Positions 16,588 through 27,510 of a DNA stretch of 36,879 nt are shown one piece after another. Position 1 is the stretch's first letter. Every line of letters starts with the position of its first letter. The notes below the pieces were generated by a model. The model had not been told where the DNA came from. It saw only the letters and a list, made by a program, of their open reading frames with translations, and made no database searches. The DNA lies in the IMG/VR virus record IMGVR_UViG_3300028400_000018, positions 1 to 36,879 of that record; one strand, 5' to 3'. The translations under genes and the position numbers were made by a program. This stretch comes from a virus (lineage: Duplodnaviria > Caudoviricetes).

Positions 16588-19448
16588 GGCAATGGAATCG
16601 TACCTTCCCGCTCAGGGACGATGTTATGTTGTATCTTGATGCCGGTTTCGAGTTCATATGCCCTTTGCTGATGGAAGCTGATCTCTTCATCAAGAACATC
16701 AATGAACCGTTCAACGAAACCGTCTAATGTTTCACCTTCTCCCATCAAGATCCCGGGGTTTAAGATCCCTTTCTCGATGAGAATATCGGCATTATTCTTT
16801 ACGAAGTCAAGAAAGTTGGCTACTCCAATTTCCTTGCCAACAATGCTACCTAATTGTAGCTCATAGCTTTTTACGAATGGCTGACCCTCAATGTAATCAG
16901 ATTCGTTGATAATTGTAGATATCGTTTCTTTACGCCCATTGCCAATAAAGGCAAGATAGATATCATAGAGAGCATCCGACCCATTACCAAGGTCAATAAG
17001 GGAGATTTTAACTCCACCCATGTTCAATATAGGGCGGGGATGTTCAATACTGATTCCATACTTTACAAGCTCTTCCGTGGGCTTATCATGCTTAGATTCC
17101 GTAACCTTGACCGGGGACAAGGCAAAAGCAAATCCACCCATATCAGGCTCAGCAATAGTACCGTCCCACCAGCGCTTGGGTCGCATCTTGTCTGACAGGA
17201 ATGGGATATTGGTCTTCATCCGGTCAACCGTAAGGTCAATTAGACTTTTCGGCGACATGGCGTCATTTGTGACTAACCGGTAAACCGGATCTCGGATTTG
17301 TTCTGCAGTACGTACGGCAGCAGAATATGGAACAAATCCAGCCCCAATTCTGCTCATGAATTCATCTGCAGCCTTTGGTGCGTCGAGGGCGTCCATAAGT
17401 TGAGCCGTATTGCTCAACCATGAGGAATCCAGAGCCACATCTGCGGCAACTAAGAATGCAGATGCCATCCAAGCCCGTGCTGCTTCTTCGGTCGAGGCAT
17501 ATTTGGCCCGGTCAAAATATGTAGCAATAGCCGACATGGAAGTAGCAAATGGGTCCATCCGTTGCATGGAATACCATTTATCGCCAATCTTGATAGAAAC
17601 TGGCTGCCATCCAAGTTTTTGCAATTCTTCTCGTAGCCCCTTATCAGTGGGGCCTTGGCCAGAGATAAGACCAGCCTGGTAAAGCTGATACATGGCCACT
17701 GTGAACCCGGTGCCAAGGGCCATTCTAGCTAGGGCAAGATCTGCCTTGGCTCCTCCCTCTGCTACATCACGCCACAGACGCGGGGACACTACAGCAAGGA
17801 TGGACGTGTCCTTTGCATAATTCAACAGGTTTGCCGGAGTGTTGACAAATGGAATTACAAATTGAAGTTCAGGTACCCGACCCATCATGGCCCGAGAATA
17901 CCGGGAAATCTCACCGATAATTCCTGGAACGTCCGGGGAAGTAAAGGTACGACGCATGGCTTCCTTCATGGCGTCATTATACATTTCCACTGGGGGATTA
18001 TCCACGAGTTCAGCTGCCCGCTCAAGAGCTTTCTCGCCCTTAAGACCTTCCATATAAGCCTGACGAACAGCACGGGCATAGAGTTCAGAAGTAAACACTA
18101 CTCCCCGCATGGCGTCGTCTTCTGCGGTCAGTAGGCGGAAGGAAGCCGTACCAAAATCGGCGGCTATTCCTCCGACCTTGCCGGTTATTTCCATGGCCTT
18201 TTGAGAACCGGTCACATTACCTACGGCTCGGGCCAGATTTTCTGCGGTCTTATGCACAGCAGTATCGCCACCAGCAAGGGACTCCGCCTTCTCAATGCCA
18301 CGGAATTTGGACCTGTTCGTAGTGAAAGCATCCATGAACAGACCAAGAGAGGCTTTAAGCCCGACATAGGACCCGGCCATTTCTCCCATGACTTCTGCCA
18401 TGTACACCCGGTCGGCGTCTTCCTTGTATACGGTGCGAAGAGCACCGATGCCGGCAGCAGTCGGACGAACGGCGAGCGTCTCCCATACGTGGGTCAGGGC
18501 CACGGTGGTTACGTTCGTCATGTGAGTGCCGATGCCAGACAGGATGTTATTCTTCCACAATTCGACAATGGCCCGCCGGGCATCCAACACCCATCCTTTG
18601 TCGACAGCATCTGCCAGGGATTTGATTACATTCTTATTTTTCTTTTGTTCAGTGACAATGGACTCAGCAATAGCGGAGATGTTTTTCTTCCCGTTTTGCA
18701 GGTCAAGGACGTCATTAAGGGCAGCAATTTGCCCGCTGTCTACAGCCTTTACTATCATTTTTTGCTGGTTGAGAGCGCGGGCCACTTCACGAGCATTCCC
18801 TTTAGCCAGATTCCGCAGAGATAGGAATGATTGAAGGTTGGCTTCGAATTCAGCAAGTGTAGCCGCGGAACTATCGCCATTGTGAATTCGATTGGCCAGA
18901 TTCACGGTTTTCTCACCCACGGTAACCATCAGGGTACGCAGACCGTATAGTTGCTTATCCGTGAGCAAGCCCTTTTGCTTCCCGGTCAATATGGGCTCAA
19001 GATCTTTGGGGATATTACTTTCCTTCTGGACCTGTTCCCATGTGCGACGGGCAACCTTCGGGTCAGATTCAGCCGCAATCTCCGCCATCCGCAAAAGGTC
19101 ATCAGAAGTCTCGGCGGCCGTCAATACGCGAGTAATATCAGCATCGACCGGTTGGCCCTCGGACCGGGACTTCACGTACGATTGCAGAATAGCTTCAGCT
19201 TCTTCCTTACTAAGTTCCTCAGTTTCATTCTTAAGTTCCTGCTTAATTACCACAGGGGCCTTTTTGAATAAACGACCAAGAGCCTTTCCGGTGAAGGACG
19301 CCAGTTGGATGTTGCCCTGTGGCATCTCAGGTACGGGGGCCTCTGGCGCATTACCCTGTTGTTGAACATTGGCAAGATCAGATGCGCCAATAGTAAGTTT
19401 ACCGGCTTCGCGTTCCAGCAAAGCTTCTCTGGTCTTATCATTCATCAT
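16584..19448 (-). CDS. Internal virion (ejection) protein, T7 gp16/LPD38-like C-terminal region
   Basis: PFVNTPANLL, GWQP.SIKIG..W.S..R.DPF; position; 954 aa helical. Confidence 0.75.
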   Translation of the reverse strand: MMNDKTREALLEREAGKLTIGASDLANVQQQGNAPEAPVPEMPQGNIQLASFTGKALGRLFKKAPVVIKQELKNETEELSKEEAEAILQSYVKSRSEGQPVDADITRVLTAAETSDDLLRMAEIAAESDPKVARRTWEQVQKESNIPKDLEPILTGKQKGLLTDKQLYGLRTLMVTVGEKTVNLANRIHNGDSSAATLAEFEANLQSFLSLRNLAKGNAREVARALNQQKMIVKAVDSGQIAALNDVLDLQNGKKNISAIAESIVTEQKKNKNVIKSLADAVDKGWVLDARRAIVELWKNNILSGIGTHMTNVTTVALTHVWETLAVRPTAAGIGALRTVYKEDADRVYMAEVMGEMAGSYVGLKASLGLFMDAFTTNRSKFRGIEKAESLAGGDTAVHKTAENLARAVGNVTGSQKAMEITGKVGGIAADFGTASFRLLTAEDDAMRGVVFTSELYARAVRQAYMEGLKGEKALERAAELVDNPPVEMYNDAMKEAMRRTFTSPDVPGIIGEISRYSRAMMGRVPELQFVIPFVNTPANLLNYAKDTSILAVVSPRLWRDVAEGGAKADLALARMALGTGFTVAMYQLYQAGLISGQGPTDKGLREELQKLGWQPVSIKIGDKWYSMQRMDPFATSMSAIATYFDRAKYASTEEAARAWMASAFLVAADVALDSSWLSNTAQLMDALDAPKAADEFMSRIGAGFVPYSAAVRTAEQIRDPVYRLVTNDAMSPKSLIDLTVDRMKTNIPFLSDKMRPKRWWDGTIAEPDMGGFAFALSPVKVTESKHDKPTEELVKYGISIEHPRPILNMGGVKISLIDLGNGSDALYDIYLAFIGNGRKETISTIINESDYIEGQPFVKSYELQLGSIVGKEIGVANFLDFVKNNADILIEKGILNPGILMGEGETLDGFVERFIDVLDEEISFHQQRAYELETGIKIQHNIVPEREGTIPLP

Positions 19449-22400
19449 GGGGCTGCACCTTTATTTTTCTGGTCATCGAATGAACCCGGAGCGCTGTATC
19501 CTGCCGCAGCACCAGCAGGAGCGATAGAATAGGCCGGAACCCCGCCCAGTTTCTCCATCCATTTTTTGATTACCGGGTCTTCAAGGTCAATAACATAGAA
19601 TTCATTGCTAACTTCTGCTGGCATGGCATTAACATCAATATACACGCCATAATGGTTAGCTAATGCGGTTTGTACATCGACATTATTTATAGCTTCCTTC
19701 GCAGTAGCAAATGGACCGAACGATATCCTACGGTCAGCTTCCTCATCTACTATCATACTTATTTTGATGCCATTATTAGTTTGATATGCCGATGCCATGT
19801 CGCCAGTCTGCCATTCCAAAGAACCTAATACATCATCAGCACTGGCCAATGTTTCTTTTTCTCCTCCTGGGAATGTTATGTTGTACATTACAGGACAGCC
19901 TTGTTCATCAACATCATAAATACTTTTATTATATTCTACTATATCAGAATACCGTCGAGGGGTTATATCAAGCTCAATGCGTCGATTAATTAAGTTGCCC
20001 TCATTATACATATCCACTAATTTCTTTAAATTCTCTACTGATGGGCGATATATTTTATTTCTAATTTTCACATAATTAGCGTATGCCGTAATTTCATCAG
20101 AAGGAATTACCCCAGACTCGGTGAGGTACTTAACCATATCATACATTACGTCCCTTATATCGTTAACTTCAATGTCCACGCCATTGCCCATGCCATCAGT
20201 ATATCGCATCTTAATATCATGGCCCAATACCAATCCATCCTTATATTGGTCAGGAATTGCCTTATTTACCTTTATCTTATATTTCTTAGCGGCATTCGGA
20301 AGATCCTTGGTGTAAAAATTAATGATAGCATCTTCGCCCGGGTAGTTACTTCCTGAAATGTTCCACCTTTCAATCATGCGTACCTGATACGGGTCAGAAG
20401 ACCACATTACATACCGCTTGCCCTTATTCTTGGCGTCTACTATCATGGACTTCAGCAAGAAACGAGACGTATAGTCCCTGTCCCGCCCAGATAAGGGAGT
20501 AAATGGCGCTCCTGAAACAGCGTGGGGGTCAGCTTCACTAGCATCGTACGTGCGGCCATGCATACCAATGTTACGTCTGGCAGCCATTAAATTTTCAAGC
20601 TCATATTGAGCTTCATTGAGCTTTTGATACAACTCTCTTGCCTTCGGCGGCCAATTTACATCAGGATCCATCCTCTGAATGTCAGCAAGACTAGCGGAAC
20701 TAAAATCGATGCCCGCTATCTCTCGTTGCAGAGCTTTACGGAGATTAGTGATTTCTTTACGTTTGGCAGCTATCTTATCGCCTATAACTTTTTTACCGAC
20801 ACGGGTTTTTTTGCCGGAACCACCATCAAACGTGCTAACCCTCACAGTATCGTGGGCAATAGCATTAGGGTCAAGAGTTGGCGGTTCAATGGTAATTACT
20901 TGATGCTTAGCAATGTCTGACTGAGCCTCAAGGTAAAGAACTGCAGGAGAGTTACCATAGGACATGCCGTACTGGCCGCGAAGATGGCCAGCAATTACCG
21001 TATCACGTTCCACAATTTCACTGAAATGTGCATTGAGAAAACTATCCACGTTGCCTATATCAGAATTACGCCATCCAATAAGAGTTTCACCGTACCCGTA
21101 CATATGTTCCCCGCCATAACCCATATCGTTATTTTTACTGAAACCATATGACGAGTATACATTGCCTGTGCCCACCGGCAAAATCTCTGGCAAAGGAGTA
21201 GACTCTTCAATAAACTGCTCCAATTCTTTACGGCTGACAGTTTTTCGGCCCCCAGATTCTAATTGGTTAAGAAACATCTCAACCTCAGACCAGTCGATTT
21301 CCTTACGCTGCAAACGCTCAGCCATCGGAACTTTCTGCGGGTCCGACCATTCCTTGAGCTTTTGGCGAACATTCGATATCTTAATCGAACTCTTCCCTTG
21401 CCACGTAGGCTCCTTTTGTACCCGATCAAGCATAATGCTACGGAAACCAAATGCACGTTCCGCATTCCTTGGATTCAATTGCTCAATGTTACCGATGGCA
21501 CCAATCTGGGAACGTGGACCACCGGGGACAGGGCCGGGGGGTCCGGGCCGTTTAATATTATGCCATCCTTTTTTGAGCATGGCAATACCAGCACCCCGAA
21601 TCAAATCATCAGCAAATGCGTCGATGGGCAAAGAAATACCAGCAGAAATAACTCCCTGCAGAGCCATAACCTGCCCGGTGCGAGACAAATCAATCTCTTC
21701 CCGTTTGCCGGCGTCTATTTCCGCAGACTGTAGGCCAACATCAGCAGCACCACTAACAGATGCGTCAACCGCAGCAGACGTAATGGAACCAGCAAGAAGC
21801 TTAAGGATAATATTCTTGACCTGGGATTTGACAGCGAAGTTAGATGCTCGAGTAGCAATAGCCCCAGCACCAGCAGATAACCAGTTAGCCGGGTCCAGAA
21901 TCGTGTACACAAAGCCACGACCAACATCAGACCATGATGTGTCCTCGACAGCATCATATTGGTCCATCATGTAAATGAACGATTTCAGGGCTTCCGGATC
22001 TTCGATTTGGGACAGGTCATGCAGGATAACAGCAAGAGCTGTCATATTGTAACGGGCCTGCGACATCAGCCACAAAGATTCATTGAACAGCTTATCGGGG
22101 TCCTTCCATAACTCCTGTTCAGGGTCCACTGCCCGGGCATACGTTTCTGCGGCCTTCATCCATGCTTCATGGTTGCGAAGGTCATCAGTTGAAGCGATGT
22201 CATGGCTAAGTTTATCAGACACCCATTGTTCGTATTCAGTTATACCTGACTCGATCACCTGATCGGGTTCAAGTCCTTTTTCCCGCAGCCTGGAATTGAT
22301 CTTGGAATCAAAATCTCGACCAGATAGCCAATTGGTCAAGTTTTCACTGGCGGATTGTTCAATGTCTGCCGCATTTTCTGCCGCCTTCCAAGCTATGGCC

Positions 22401-22927
22401 TTTGATGCATCATTGAACACCGGGGGAACATTGGCGATAAATTGGTCGTATGTCTTGCCCTGATTACGCATAGCTGCAGCGATCTTAGCCAAAGAAGACA
22501 TGGCAGACGGTTCAATCCCATTCTTGGTATTGAACTTATAGTTATTGATTTCAGTAATGGCTTTCCTCGCGATGGGGTCGAATCCTACATGGTCAGGTGC
22601 AACCGGGTCACCGGTAACCGCATCGATTCCGCCGATGGTAAGATTATAAGGCTTAAAATTGGAAACATTCATCTGAACATTTCCATCTTTATCTGCCTTC
22701 AAACCATTACCGTTGAGATATTCTTTCTCATAATCAAACACATTGGGATCTGGGGCATTGGCCGGGTCCCCTATGTTATCCATGGCGGAACGAAGACGAC
22801 CACGGAGATTTTCTTCTTTCTTTTTATTTTCCTCAGCCTCGACCTCAGCCAATACAGAACCCTCTCGCTCTTCTGCAAGATTCCTGCCGACTATGGTTTC
22901 GTATACCTTGTCTTCAGTGGTAGCCAT
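19445..22927 (-). CDS. Large internal virion / polyvalent protein
   Basis: 1160 aa; DPANWL..G hydrophobic hairpin; C-terminal HF...H.R...LEAQSD...FY...LP domain. Confidence 0.7.
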   Translation of the reverse strand: MATTEDKVYETIVGRNLAEEREGSVLAEVEAEENKKKEENLRGRLRSAMDNIGDPANAPDPNVFDYEKEYLNGNGLKADKDGNVQMNVSNFKPYNLTIGGIDAVTGDPVAPDHVGFDPIARKAITEINNYKFNTKNGIEPSAMSSLAKIAAAMRNQGKTYDQFIANVPPVFNDASKAIAWKAAENAADIEQSASENLTNWLSGRDFDSKINSRLREKGLEPDQVIESGITEYEQWVSDKLSHDIASTDDLRNHEAWMKAAETYARAVDPEQELWKDPDKLFNESLWLMSQARYNMTALAVILHDLSQIEDPEALKSFIYMMDQYDAVEDTSWSDVGRGFVYTILDPANWLSAGAGAIATRASNFAVKSQVKNIILKLLAGSITSAAVDASVSGAADVGLQSAEIDAGKREEIDLSRTGQVMALQGVISAGISLPIDAFADDLIRGAGIAMLKKGWHNIKRPGPPGPVPGGPRSQIGAIGNIEQLNPRNAERAFGFRSIMLDRVQKEPTWQGKSSIKISNVRQKLKEWSDPQKVPMAERLQRKEIDWSEVEMFLNQLESGGRKTVSRKELEQFIEESTPLPEILPVGTGNVYSSYGFSKNNDMGYGGEHMYGYGETLIGWRNSDIGNVDSFLNAHFSEIVERDTVIAGHLRGQYGMSYGNSPAVLYLEAQSDIAKHQVITIEPPTLDPNAIAHDTVRVSTFDGGSGKKTRVGKKVIGDKIAAKRKEITNLRKALQREIAGIDFSSASLADIQRMDPDVNWPPKARELYQKLNEAQYELENLMAARRNIGMHGRTYDASEADPHAVSGAPFTPLSGRDRDYTSRFLLKSMIVDAKNKGKRYVMWSSDPYQVRMIERWNISGSNYPGEDAIINFYTKDLPNAAKKYKIKVNKAIPDQYKDGLVLGHDIKMRYTDGMGNGVDIEVNDIRDVMYDMVKYLTESGVIPSDEITAYANYVKIRNKIYRPSVENLKKLVDMYNEGNLINRRIELDITPRRYSDIVEYNKSIYDVDEQGCPVMYNITFPGGEKETLASADDVLGSLEWQTGDMASAYQTNNGIKISMIVDEEADRRISFGPFATAKEAINNVDVQTALANHYGVYIDVNAMPAEVSNEFYVIDLEDPVIKKWMEKLGGVPAYSIAPAGAAAGYSAPGSFDDQKNKGAAP

Positions 22928-24555
22928 TATTTATTCTCCAATAGACTAGAGCGCAGATTATTCTGCAGAGTCATGGTCTTTTCAGCATTCAGAATGTCTT
23001 CGTCCTTGATTTTTGGATTCGTCTTCTGCATCTCACGAAGTTTTACTATAGTTCCTTTGATGTCGTACATTCCATCTTTATCTTTGATGAAATACTTCGA
23101 CAGACGATGCTTGGTCAATCTGGCCCTATTTTTTTCATAGGCACGAGTTACATAGTTTTTCTTGTTCTCGTCCCACCATTTAAATGGGTCAAACCCGGGG
23201 CCAGTAGCATTGGCCGCTTTATATAGGTCATATTCGGCCTCTGCTGCAGATACGTATTCGACGCCGGACCCGAATACCTTGGTTAGCATATCCTTTGATG
23301 CGCCAACCAAGGTAGTATAAATATTATCAACCACAATACCTATATTCTTGTTTGTGGTCACATACTCTGTCTGCTGTTTAGCCTTCTGCCACAGAGACAA
23401 ATAATCTTCGTGTGAGATTCGACTCGGACCAATCTGTTCGCCAGTAGCTGGGTCTATACCGGCAGCCCGCATCAGATTGTCCAGGAATGCTTTCTGTCTA
23501 TCACCTACCGTAGTTCCTTCTTTAGGTATCGATATCTGGGTAAGCTGCAAAGTAAGGTCATCCATAACCTTTGGATCACTATTTATGCCCTTCGTTGATG
23601 CTATACGGTTAAGGGTCATAATTCCTTTTGCATCTTCCCTTGTCATTCCACGAGTGAATACATCAATCTGGTCCCACGGAATAGGCCCATTTTCATTAAT
23701 ATGAGCCGAAACAGCAATAAACTGGTCGAGGCTTAGTTTATCTCGCTGTTCCTTGAGTGCTTTTTCTTGTTGCTTCTGGACACGATTAATTTTAACCTGA
23801 AAAGCATTCATGAGTTTTGATTTGCTCTCTACACTCAGGTCCGGGTCAATAGTAACATTCCCTTGAAGCACTTCAAGTGTATCAGGGTCTTCGTTCGCGT
23901 CCAATGCCCGCAAATAGACACCAGTAGCTATTTGGTCCGGCATCTTGGACATATTCTTATCGTACTGCTCTGCGGACCATATACCAGTCTGCAAAGCGGT
24001 ATCCGCTATGATTTTTGCTGCTGTGGCATTTCCTGAACGCACAGCCATTTGATAATTCTGGTTTGTTTCCATTTCTTGCTGTTTTGCAGCTTCAGAAATG
24101 GTATTGACCATTACTTGTTTGATGCCGCTATCATACATCCGCCCATAGATTTTCGATATTGCATTCTTTGTTTTTGGGTCTGCGATTTCAAGGGCTTTAT
24201 CATACACTTCTTGTGTGAGAGTTCTATATACGTCGGGCGCGACGATGTATGCAGGTACAGTCTCAATCTTTCCTTTCCCATATTTCTCAGGATATTCAAT
24301 GCCCAATTGGTCGAGTTCTTCGACCGAGAACGATTTACGCGCCCCAACATTAGCGTTGACCTCCGCCATCATGGTCTGGAATTGAGCCACTGTTTTTGCG
24401 CTTTCAGTGGCATCGATACCAGCCTTAATCTCAATAACAGCCTTGCCGATGTCCTCCACAGCACCAGCAATAGACTTCCATTTCTGAAGCTCAGCCTCTA
24501 CAGGAAGCTGAGCCAGATTTGGAGTTCCGCTATATTTGATTCCAGGCAATTTCAT
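22927..24555 (-). CDS. Internal virion protein (gp15-like position)
   Basis: 542 aa helical ORF in ejection-protein block. Confidence 0.65.
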   Translation of the reverse strand: MKLPGIKYSGTPNLAQLPVEAELQKWKSIAGAVEDIGKAVIEIKAGIDATESAKTVAQFQTMMAEVNANVGARKSFSVEELDQLGIEYPEKYGKGKIETVPAYIVAPDVYRTLTQEVYDKALEIADPKTKNAISKIYGRMYDSGIKQVMVNTISEAAKQQEMETNQNYQMAVRSGNATAAKIIADTALQTGIWSAEQYDKNMSKMPDQIATGVYLRALDANEDPDTLEVLQGNVTIDPDLSVESKSKLMNAFQVKINRVQKQQEKALKEQRDKLSLDQFIAVSAHINENGPIPWDQIDVFTRGMTREDAKGIMTLNRIASTKGINSDPKVMDDLTLQLTQISIPKEGTTVGDRQKAFLDNLMRAAGIDPATGEQIGPSRISHEDYLSLWQKAKQQTEYVTTNKNIGIVVDNIYTTLVGASKDMLTKVFGSGVEYVSAAEAEYDLYKAANATGPGFDPFKWWDENKKNYVTRAYEKNRARLTKHRLSKYFIKDKDGMYDIKGTIVKLREMQKTNPKIKDEDILNAEKTMTLQNNLRSSLLENK

Positions 24556-25079
24556 CGAGCACCTCGTGCACCGAGCGGAACATAAATATTAGGATTCAAA
24601 TAGTTGTACGTCGGCATACCGGGACTTGAGAACAAGTTCGGATTAAACTTAATCCCTGATGGAGCATTGCTAGCAGGTGTTTTACTGAATGAACCGGACA
24701 TAGCCCCAACAGCAGAAGCAAACGAACCAACAGCCCCACCAAGACCAGACCAGTACGCTGCCTGACCGCGCATCTTCTCGGCACTTACCCCGGCTTCCAT
24801 AGCCCTATACATCCAGTCTATTTCCTTTTGGAACACGTTTTGCATTTCATCCAGATAGGTCTGAATTACTCCGCTATCCATATCAAATCCAGATGCCCCG
24901 GCAATAGCACGAGCTAATCCATACTGGCGCTTTTGGTTATACTTCGTACGGCGAATTTCTTCGAGCCATTGGGCGCGAATTTGATCGGCATTTATTTCAG
25001 ATGCGCGGCGAGCGTCACTGGCCCCCTTCAATTGAAGAAGACCTGAAGTTACCGCCAATCCTGCAAGAAGTAAACTCAT
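24552..25079 (-). CDS. Internal virion protein (gp14-like)
   Basis: Hydrophobic Ala/Gly ends, G..RA..GASG motif, directly after tail tube B. Confidence 0.7.
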   Translation of the reverse strand: MSLLLAGLAVTSGLLQLKGASDARRASEINADQIRAQWLEEIRRTKYNQKRQYGLARAIAGASGFDMDSGVIQTYLDEMQNVFQKEIDWMYRAMEAGVSAEKMRGQAAYWSGLGGAVGSFASAVGAMSGSFSKTPASNAPSGIKFNPNLFSSPGMPTYNYLNPNIYVPLGARGAR

Positions 25080-25086
25080 GTTGCAC

Positions 25087-27510
25087 CTACATTTGATTAT
25101 GTGCCATTTCCATATAGATCGATACTATACGGATTGGAGCCGGTGTAGCATTGGAAACTTTAACTGTAAGATTCCTATGCCACCCTATGTTTTCCATTTT
25201 AATAATTCCGGTGTATGGGTAATTCCAATCATTATTAAGCTGTCTTACCTCAGCATTGCCCTCTCCAGTGGGAATATGGTCATTAATGGACACCAGACCA
25301 GAACGAGCAATGGATACCATTATCTTGTTGGCCCGTTTCATTTTACCAGTCATGGCTTGGAAGTTAGATGGGACATCAACTGGAAGAGTAACAATTTCAC
25401 TGGTCACTCGAAGACCGGCAAGACAGATAGCTCCATCGTGTTGTAAATAAATTCTACCAGTCTGACCATTTCCTTCTCCGGGGGATGATTCGGCTCCCAC
25501 GGTTACATCAGGATGGACCGTTTTATCTACAACTACTGCTACAATTCTTCCATCAAGATGGTCAAACCCATCAGCATAATAAATGGTATTGCCGCTTGAA
25601 TCCGTAGTACTTTGAATTAGGGATTCCACATGAGAATCCAACAAAATGTCAGGGAATGTCCTTTCAAGGAATACCTTCCCATTGCGTTCAGCAATAAGGA
25701 ACGTAACACTACGTTCGCCATCAAAACCGGATGACATCCATCTAATGACACCATCTGTATCATGGCGATGCCAGGCCATTACCTGAGCATTTGGTTCGTA
25801 AGTAAGACATGCCATAGTCCCATCATTCAACACAAACCATATCTGGTTGTTTGGGTGTTGTTCCCATGCCCAAGATTTTATGCGTTCGGCAGTAATGTGT
25901 TCCGATTGGAATGTAATATCAAGGGACAACCAATTAAGCTGATTGTCATCATACTGCATCGCATAGAGTTTTCTACGGTCAGCAGATATGTACATGATTC
26001 TGTGGCCTACCTGATGAGACTGTAAAGAGGCGGAACCAAAGGTAGATTGTTGTTGAAGCTGAATATCCCCCGGCTTCGGAATACCATCACTTGCTGTAAT
26101 TACATATTCCGAATTCTCAGTGCCAACCATGGCAACTCGAGTATAATTCATCCATTCAATGCGGCCATATCGCTGAATTGATGCTCTGAATCCGTCATCA
26201 GCAGTGGCTCCTTCTGTAAAGTCTTCAGGTGCACCCACCTTTGATGCGTAAATCTTCTCAGGATTTTCCGGGTCTGCAGCCAGCCATAGTCGATTTTGGT
26301 AAAACATACCACAGGAAGGCCAATTAGGACCGGTCCATTCTGCAGGAGCACCAGTAAATGTTACTGGTTCAAGAGTAATAGTGGGGGGAGTAGCAATATA
26401 TGTAAGGCGCACGATACCGCCACCGCCAGCACCGCCATAATATATGTTACTGGTATCGAATCCATTACACGTACCAGCACCGCCACCACCGCCACCTCCT
26501 ATGGCCCCAGGCTTACCATCATAAACACCGGGATTACAAGGATCATTAGCAGAACCATAATTACCGCCATCACCGCCGCGACCTACTCCACCAGCACCGC
26601 CGCCGCCGCCTGTATAATTTGAATTATATACAGGGGTTTGTCCGCCACTTACAGTATTTCCAGAGCATGTGAAATTAGTATTGCCACCGTGACGAGATGG
26701 ATAGCCTTGTCCACCATTTCCGCCTCCTGACTGACCAGCACCGCCGGGATTGGGTTGGCTATTATTTGGGGTAGGGGCACCCTTACCACCTAAAGATCTA
26801 TCTTTTTCAGTTCCATTTAATGAGATTACAGTGTCACCACCATTTCCACCAGCAGTTTGCGGGGCACCTCCAGCGCCACCAGCGCCAACAGTAAAACCTA
26901 TCGTATCATTTTCAGCAACAAATAATACACCCTTAACGGCACCAGAACCGCCACCCCCACCGCCACTTGCTACAGGATTAGCACTTCCAGCACCGCCACC
27001 ACCACCACCGGTTATACAGTAATCCACCCGGTCAACGCCAGCAGGGACAGTCCAACTACCATCTGCGGTATATTCATCGGTTACTGTATCGCCCGGAATA
27101 ATTGTTACTTTTTGGGTCTGTACATTCGGGTGACAAATATAAATAGTTTCATTATCAGGGAGGGGAATAAAATACAAATCATCGAGATGTTTTTCTTCCC
27201 AAGGCGTATCGATAGTGGTTACATTATCAGGGGAGCTAAGGTTAAAAATATCAACCTTAAGGTGATAAAACACATATATAGTAACTTGACCATCACTACG
27301 CGATACAGATTCTACCCGATAAGCAGTGCTATCAAGTTCCTTTATAAATCGAAATCCATCGCGTGACTCTGCGGGACCTCGAGCATTGGCCCGCATATTA
27401 CGCATGGTAAGGAGTCCATTCTGATGGAGAGGGATATCAGAACGGTTAGCCATCAGGGGGCTAACTTCGCCCCCTGTGAAATTGACTCGATTGTATGTGG
27501 TTTTTGCCAT
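25087..27510 (-). CDS. Tail tubular protein B (nozzle) with glycine-rich insertion
   Basis: NFTGGEVSP N-terminus, WPS...FYQNRL, AWHRH; Gly-rich block at ~26390-27095. Confidence 0.85.
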   Translation of the reverse strand: MAKTTYNRVNFTGGEVSPLMANRSDIPLHQNGLLTMRNMRANARGPAESRDGFRFIKELDSTAYRVESVSRSDGQVTIYVFYHLKVDIFNLSSPDNVTTIDTPWEEKHLDDLYFIPLPDNETIYICHPNVQTQKVTIIPGDTVTDEYTADGSWTVPAGVDRVDYCITGGGGGGAGSANPVASGGGGGGSGAVKGVLFVAENDTIGFTVGAGGAGGAPQTAGGNGGDTVISLNGTEKDRSLGGKGAPTPNNSQPNPGGAGQSGGGNGGQGYPSRHGGNTNFTCSGNTVSGGQTPVYNSNYTGGGGGAGGVGRGGDGGNYGSANDPCNPGVYDGKPGAIGGGGGGGAGTCNGFDTSNIYYGGAGGGGIVRLTYIATPPTITLEPVTFTGAPAEWTGPNWPSCGMFYQNRLWLAADPENPEKIYASKVGAPEDFTEGATADDGFRASIQRYGRIEWMNYTRVAMVGTENSEYVITASDGIPKPGDIQLQQQSTFGSASLQSHQVGHRIMYISADRRKLYAMQYDDNQLNWLSLDITFQSEHITAERIKSWAWEQHPNNQIWFVLNDGTMACLTYEPNAQVMAWHRHDTDGVIRWMSSGFDGERSVTFLIAERNGKVFLERTFPDILLDSHVESLIQSTTDSSGNTIYYADGFDHLDGRIVAVVVDKTVHPDVTVGAESSPGEGNGQTGRIYLQHDGAICLAGLRVTSEIVTLPVDVPSNFQAMTGKMKRANKIMVSIARSGLVSINDHIPTGEGNAEVRQLNNDWNYPYTGIIKMENIGWHRNLTVKVSNATPAPIRIVSIYMEMAHNQM

